From Felis catus (taxonomy: Eukaryota), in contig NC_058368.1 of the NCBI RefSeq assembly GCF_018350175.1, positions 185,072,001-185,136,000 on the forward strand: 64,000 nucleotides of DNA, written 5' to 3'. A model generated the notes under the pieces. The model saw only the letters and a program-made list of their open reading frames with translations. It was not told the DNA's origin and did no database searches. The position numbers were made by a program, and so were the translations under genes. Every line of letters begins with the position of its first letter. Positions within the stretch are counted from its first letter, which is position 1. Shown here in pieces: positions 61,761 through 64,000 of the stretch.

Positions 61761-62974
61761 GTTTGTTTTTGTTTTTATGACATTGACTTTTGAAGAATCC
61801 AAGAAAGTTATCTTGTATAACAGTCCACATTCAGGAGCTTTTGAAAGCATTTTAAAGGACACTTATATTGGGCCCTTTTATTTCCCAGACTTTGGTGTGC
61901 AGTCACTTGTTAATCTGTAGTTATTAACTCCAGGTGAAAATGAATATAAGGTCTGAGGCATTTGCCCATGGCATGATACTGGGGATTTGTCTCGTGAATA
62001 TGTATTTTGGGAAAATCAGTTTTAAATCCTTTTTTGTTCTGATCCTATAGGAAAGTTCAAACTTCATCCAGCTTTAGACTTTAATATAGAAGTAGAATAA
62101 CTTGACTAGCATGCCACCTTTGCTTGAATTGTATTTTTACATGGTAACCCTTAAGCTAAAATAACAGCAATTAATTTATGAAGCAAAGTGGTTATTGTCT
62201 TAAGACTTTTCTTTCCAAAGAAAAAAATAAAAAAGAAAGATATTTAAAAGGGCTGGACTTTCATTTGCTTAATCCCTTACATTTTGGGTCCTGACTGAGG
62301 GGAAAAAAGTGGACTTTAAGATGTTTGACTGGATGAGCATGCCTTCCTACTGACTAGTGCATCCAGTAAGGACAACCATCTATGTGGCATGCATGCACTT
62401 TAGAAATATTGCCTCATGTTGTAAGCTATTTCGGATTATACCTCTTCCCATTTTACAAAGGTACTTGGAGTTATAAAAGACATACCTATCAGAAAACTCA
62501 GAAACCTCAAACATGAATAAGATCTCCATTTGGTCATTTTTTGCTCTTTTTTAAAGTTATTAATTGCATAGTTAAAATGAATCCTTGAAGCAAATCAACA
62601 GATACTTAGGATTTGATATTTAAAACCTGTTTTTCCAGTCTCTTTAAGCTGTTTAGCATAAAATTTACCCTAGTTTTATTGTAGACTGATGAGCAAGAAA
62701 TAAGAAATAGCTTTATTTGCTTATTGGTATGGAATTTTTTTAAATAAGCCAGTGATCTTCATGGATAAGTCACACAGATAACCTTGAAAACTGAAAACTG
62801 TCATTCTTTTTGGTATACAAATGTTTACAGCAAAGCCTTAAACTAAAATAATGATCATATAATAGTAAGAATAACCCTTTTTATTGTAGGATGAGTCAAT
62901 TTTTTAGAAGGGCAATAGGTCATCATATTCTATAGCTAGAATGGATATCAGATATTATGATAATAGAATAGCGA

Positions 62975-63135
62975 ACAATGATTGAGTGCTTTCCTATGTA
63001 TCAGGAACTACTTTGCATGCCTTATTTCATTTCGTTCTCTCAGCAGCCCTTGCCCTATGTGCTATTATATCCCCCCATTTTAATGAGAAATCTAAAAACT
63101 GTACAGGTTAAAGAACTTGATCAAGGTCTTATAAC
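62975..63135 (-). mobile_element. MIR relic
   Basis: attgagtgctttcctatgtatcaggaact...tattatatccccccattttaatgagaaatct...aggttaaagaacttgatcaaggtc. Confidence 0.75.
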
Positions 63136-64000
63136 TCACTTAACACTCTCATCTTAGAAGTATGGGTTGATTAGGTATCTTTCAAGGTCATGTGTAAGTA
63201 GCAATTTATTAGAAATTATTTTTGGACGTTGGATTTAAAAAGCTAAGAATTTCTTGTTGCATAACCTTGTTGCATAAATTGTTGATTTTCAGACGTTTCA
63301 TGATTCAATCTACCTGCTGAGAAGTCCTTTTTCCTGTTACAAAGGTTCATAATATGTGCAGATTTCAGAGCCTGGCTTAACTGCCCTGTAAGATGCTTAT
63401 TGACTGAACCATAGAAAATTCTGTGTTACTAAAGAAAAATTAAATAAGGTCTTATGTGAATATGTCTCATGTTAGTTGCTGAGGTAGGTGCTGATGCTTG
63501 TTAGTAGTTTTTAGCTCTTTGTTTAGGTCATGTCTATGTTTGTTCTGGCAGCAGGGAAGAAAAGGGATAATAAGAGAATCTATGGGCAGGACAAATAATT
63601 TGTCAAACAACTTCCTCTAAGCATAACAAAGTAATTAATTAAAGTAAATTATATCAAGTGTCCTGCATGTAATATAAGAGCTTCATTAAAGGTAATAATT
63701 CTTTGATTAGCTTCCCTTCTAAAGAGAATGTTTTGTAGACAAAATTCAGGATGTTTCCTGGCCTTAGTTCATATTGCTTTTGGAGCTTGTTAATAGGTAT
63801 TAATTCATTCTCTTTAATATAAAAATCCCATAGGCTATGCGGGTTTTAGGACTAGCACCCATTGATATGCTCAAGATTGAAGAAGCTTCCAAAAATAGCA
63901 CTATCACAAAAGGATTTTTGGTAAGAGAGTAACAATAATAATAATAATTAATGGTAACAGTTTTCTGTGGTTCACTTTGGGCGGTTACTGCAATCCTATA

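Noticed and set aside
1..64000. CRISPR array, operon or other prokaryote-type system
   Set aside because: No regularly spaced repeat-spacer array and no gene-dense coding structure; the DNA is mammalian, and many listed ORFs use TTG/GTG starts that are not meaningful here.

Overview
Eukaryotic (mammalian) DNA, AT-rich and almost certainly from a felid. It carries young felid-type tRNA-derived Can-SINEs (SINEC_Fc-like) and carnivore/felid LINE-1 3' ends. I found no recognisable host protein-coding exon, RNA gene, CRISPR array or operon. The only real protein homology is to LINE-1 ORF2 (41543-42703, 52543-53370 and two short inverted pieces). The window looks intronic or intergenic and is layered with repeats: about 22 Can-SINEs, 10 carnivore L1 3' fragments (many with readable TSDs), old L1M/L2/MIR relics, MaLR/ERVL solo LTRs, hAT MITEs (MER20, MER53, MER5-like) and microsatellites. 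The most notable structures are: three twin-primed (5'-inverted) L1s, two breaking within about 15 nt of the ORF2 stop codon; SINE+L1 composites sharing or re-using one target site; two near-perfect inverted repeat pairs of young elements; a degenerate ~170-bp AT-rich hairpin beside a perfect 26-bp palindrome; and a CRE-TATA-Inr core-promoter candidate near 58.7 kb. I cannot support a new biological system from this sequence. Repeat family names come from recall of consensus sequences, not a database search, and boundaries of old elements are approximate.
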